This document shows positions 63,023-64,000 of a stretch of DNA of 64,000 bases, piece by piece. Source of the stretch: Acidimicrobiales bacterium. GTDB lineage: Bacteria; Actinomycetota; Acidimicrobiia; Acidimicrobiales; Acidimicrobilacustridaceae. The position numbers were made by a program, and so were the translations under genes. The first letter of the stretch is position 1; every line of letters starts with the position of its first letter. The stretch spans positions 2,091,219 through 2,155,218 of the forward strand of contig OZ257146.1 of assembly GCA_965279255.1 (NCBI GenBank), given 5' to 3'. The notes beneath the pieces are model-generated. The model was not told the origin of the DNA. It saw nothing but the letters and a program-made list of their open reading frames with translations, and searched no databases.

Positions 63023-63284
63023 GCGGTTGCACGTCTCCTCGTGAGGGGTAGGCGGCCGGCACCCTCGTGCCGACAGCGGGGACCGGGTCGGGCCCGGGTG
63101 CTGCTGCGTCGTCGTGGGGCAACCTTCGCGGCGGCCCGTCCGACAGGACGTCCTGGGCGGATGGTACCGGCCCTCCTCTCGCCGTGTCGGGGCTGTCGCC
63201 CAGGCCGCGGCGGGCTGCCCGCGGGCCCTGGCGACCGGCCGCCCCGAAGGGTCGCCGTGGCGAACGCCGACGTAGGCTCGCCCC

Positions 63285-64000
63285 ATGATCCCTGGTGCCT
63301 TCGACCGGGCCGACGCCCTCCGACGACTCGCCGACACCCACTTCGACGTCGTGGTCGTCGGTGGGGGCATCACGGGCGTCGGCTGCGCCCTCGACGCCGC
63401 CTCCCGCGGGCTGCGCACCGCCCTCGTCGAGCGCGACGACTTCGCCTCCGGCACGTCGTCGAAGAGCTCGAAGCTCGTGCACGGCGGCCTGCGGTACCTC
63501 CAGCAGGGCGACGTCCGCCTGGTCTACGAGGCCCTGGCCGAGCGTCAGCGCCTGCGGGTCAACGCACCGCACCTGGTGAAGGTGCTCCCCTTCCTCATCC
63601 CCGTGCTGTCGAAGGACGGCGTGATGAGCCGCAAGCTCGCCCGGGCGATGGGCAGCGCCATGTGGATGTACGACCTCACCGGTGGCGTGCGCATCGGGAA
63701 GCTCCACAAGCGCATCTCGGCCGAGGAGGCCCTCGCCCACTTCCCGACCCTGCCCGCCGAGAAGCTGCTGCCGTCGTACCTCTACTACGACGCCCGGGCC
63801 GACGACGCCCGGCTGTGCGTCACCATCGCCCGCACCGCGGCGCTGCGCTTCGGGGCCGTCGCCGTCAACGGCGCGAGCGTCACGGGCATGACCAAGGACG
63901 ACACCGGCCGGGTGCGAGGCGTCACGGTCGAGGCCGACGGTCGCCGCATCGAGGTCTCCACCGATGCCGTGGTCAACGCCACGGGAGTGTGGGCCGACCA
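63285..64000 (+). CDS. glpD: FAD-dependent glycerol-3-phosphate dehydrogenase (5' part; runs off the window)
   Basis: Manual translation from ATG 63285: [75 protein letters not shown]... It is absent from the ORF track because there is no stop before base 64000. Confidence 0.85.
   Translation, partial: MIPGAFDRADALRRLADTHFDVVVVGGGITGVGCALDAASRGLRTALVERDDFASGTSSKSSKLVHGGLRYLQQGDVRLVYEALAERQRLRVNAPHLVKVLPFLIPVLSKDGVMSRKLARAMGSAMWMYDLTGGVRIGKLHKRISAEEALAHFPTLPAEKLLPSYLYYDARADDARLCVTIARTAALRFGAVAVNGASVTGMTKDDTGRVRGVTVEADGRRIEVSTDAVVNATGVWAD

Noticed and set aside
63023-63284. The 262-nt G+C-rich region between the rubrerythrin and glpD starts, considered as a possible structured leader or small ORF.
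   Set aside because: I found no recognisable motif, no convincing hairpin series and no ORF with coding bias. It is left as a plain divergent promoter region.

Overview
This is a densely coding, very high-G+C chromosomal segment of actinobacterial type; third codon positions are almost always G/C. I call 66 CDS. I saw no rRNA, tRNA, CRISPR array, transposase or integrase. All family calls come from motifs read in the supplied translations or my own manual translations; no database search was possible.

Landmarks, left to right:
- Start of the dcw cluster (mraZ-rsmH-ftsL, minus strand, running off the left edge).
- Enoyl-CoA hydratase and a saccharopine-dehydrogenase-like pair.
- MFS transporter, a Coq4-like protein, and an overlapping HNH plus lipoate-ligase-like pair.
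- A ROK kinase and a MoxR-DUF58-transglutaminase operon.
- An XRE/NUDIX/dinB operon and a polyprenol-phosphate mannose synthase.
- An inositol monophosphatase and mtrA-mtrB with an unusually short lpqB-like lipoprotein.
- An acyl-CoA synthetase/dehydrogenase pair, pfk and glpK.
- A long minus-strand run at 32.7-44.1 kb: ACT protein, aminotransferase, ROK glucokinase, eRF1-like protein, degenerate SMC-like coiled-coil protein, acidic protein, ArsA/Get3-like ATPase, SRPBCC, membrane protein, GT4, queG, small Cys-rich protein.
- A molybdopterin oxidoreductase.
- A lower-G+C islet with an ECF sigma factor (47.15-49.5 kb).
- An arylsulfatase operon and two SDRs.
- A NYN/coiled-coil protein with a zinc-ribbon partner, and a LexA-box-preceded DEDD-exonuclease/GIY-YIG gene.
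- trpD, whiB, and a DUF3501/Fe-S/rubrerythrin cluster.
- The 5' part of glpD at the right edge.

Most interesting observations:
1. A phased array of 7-8 GTGG repeats, one per helical turn, directly upstream of mraZ.
2. Two families of sequence-related hairpin elements at gene 3' ends.
3. Sixteen 4-nt NTGA start/stop overlaps, including a CTGA case that may mark a non-canonical start.
4. A co-directional ArsA-like / acidic protein / dead SMC-like / eRF1-like (RGQ loop) gene run. I flag this as the best candidate for an undescribed module, but on inference only.
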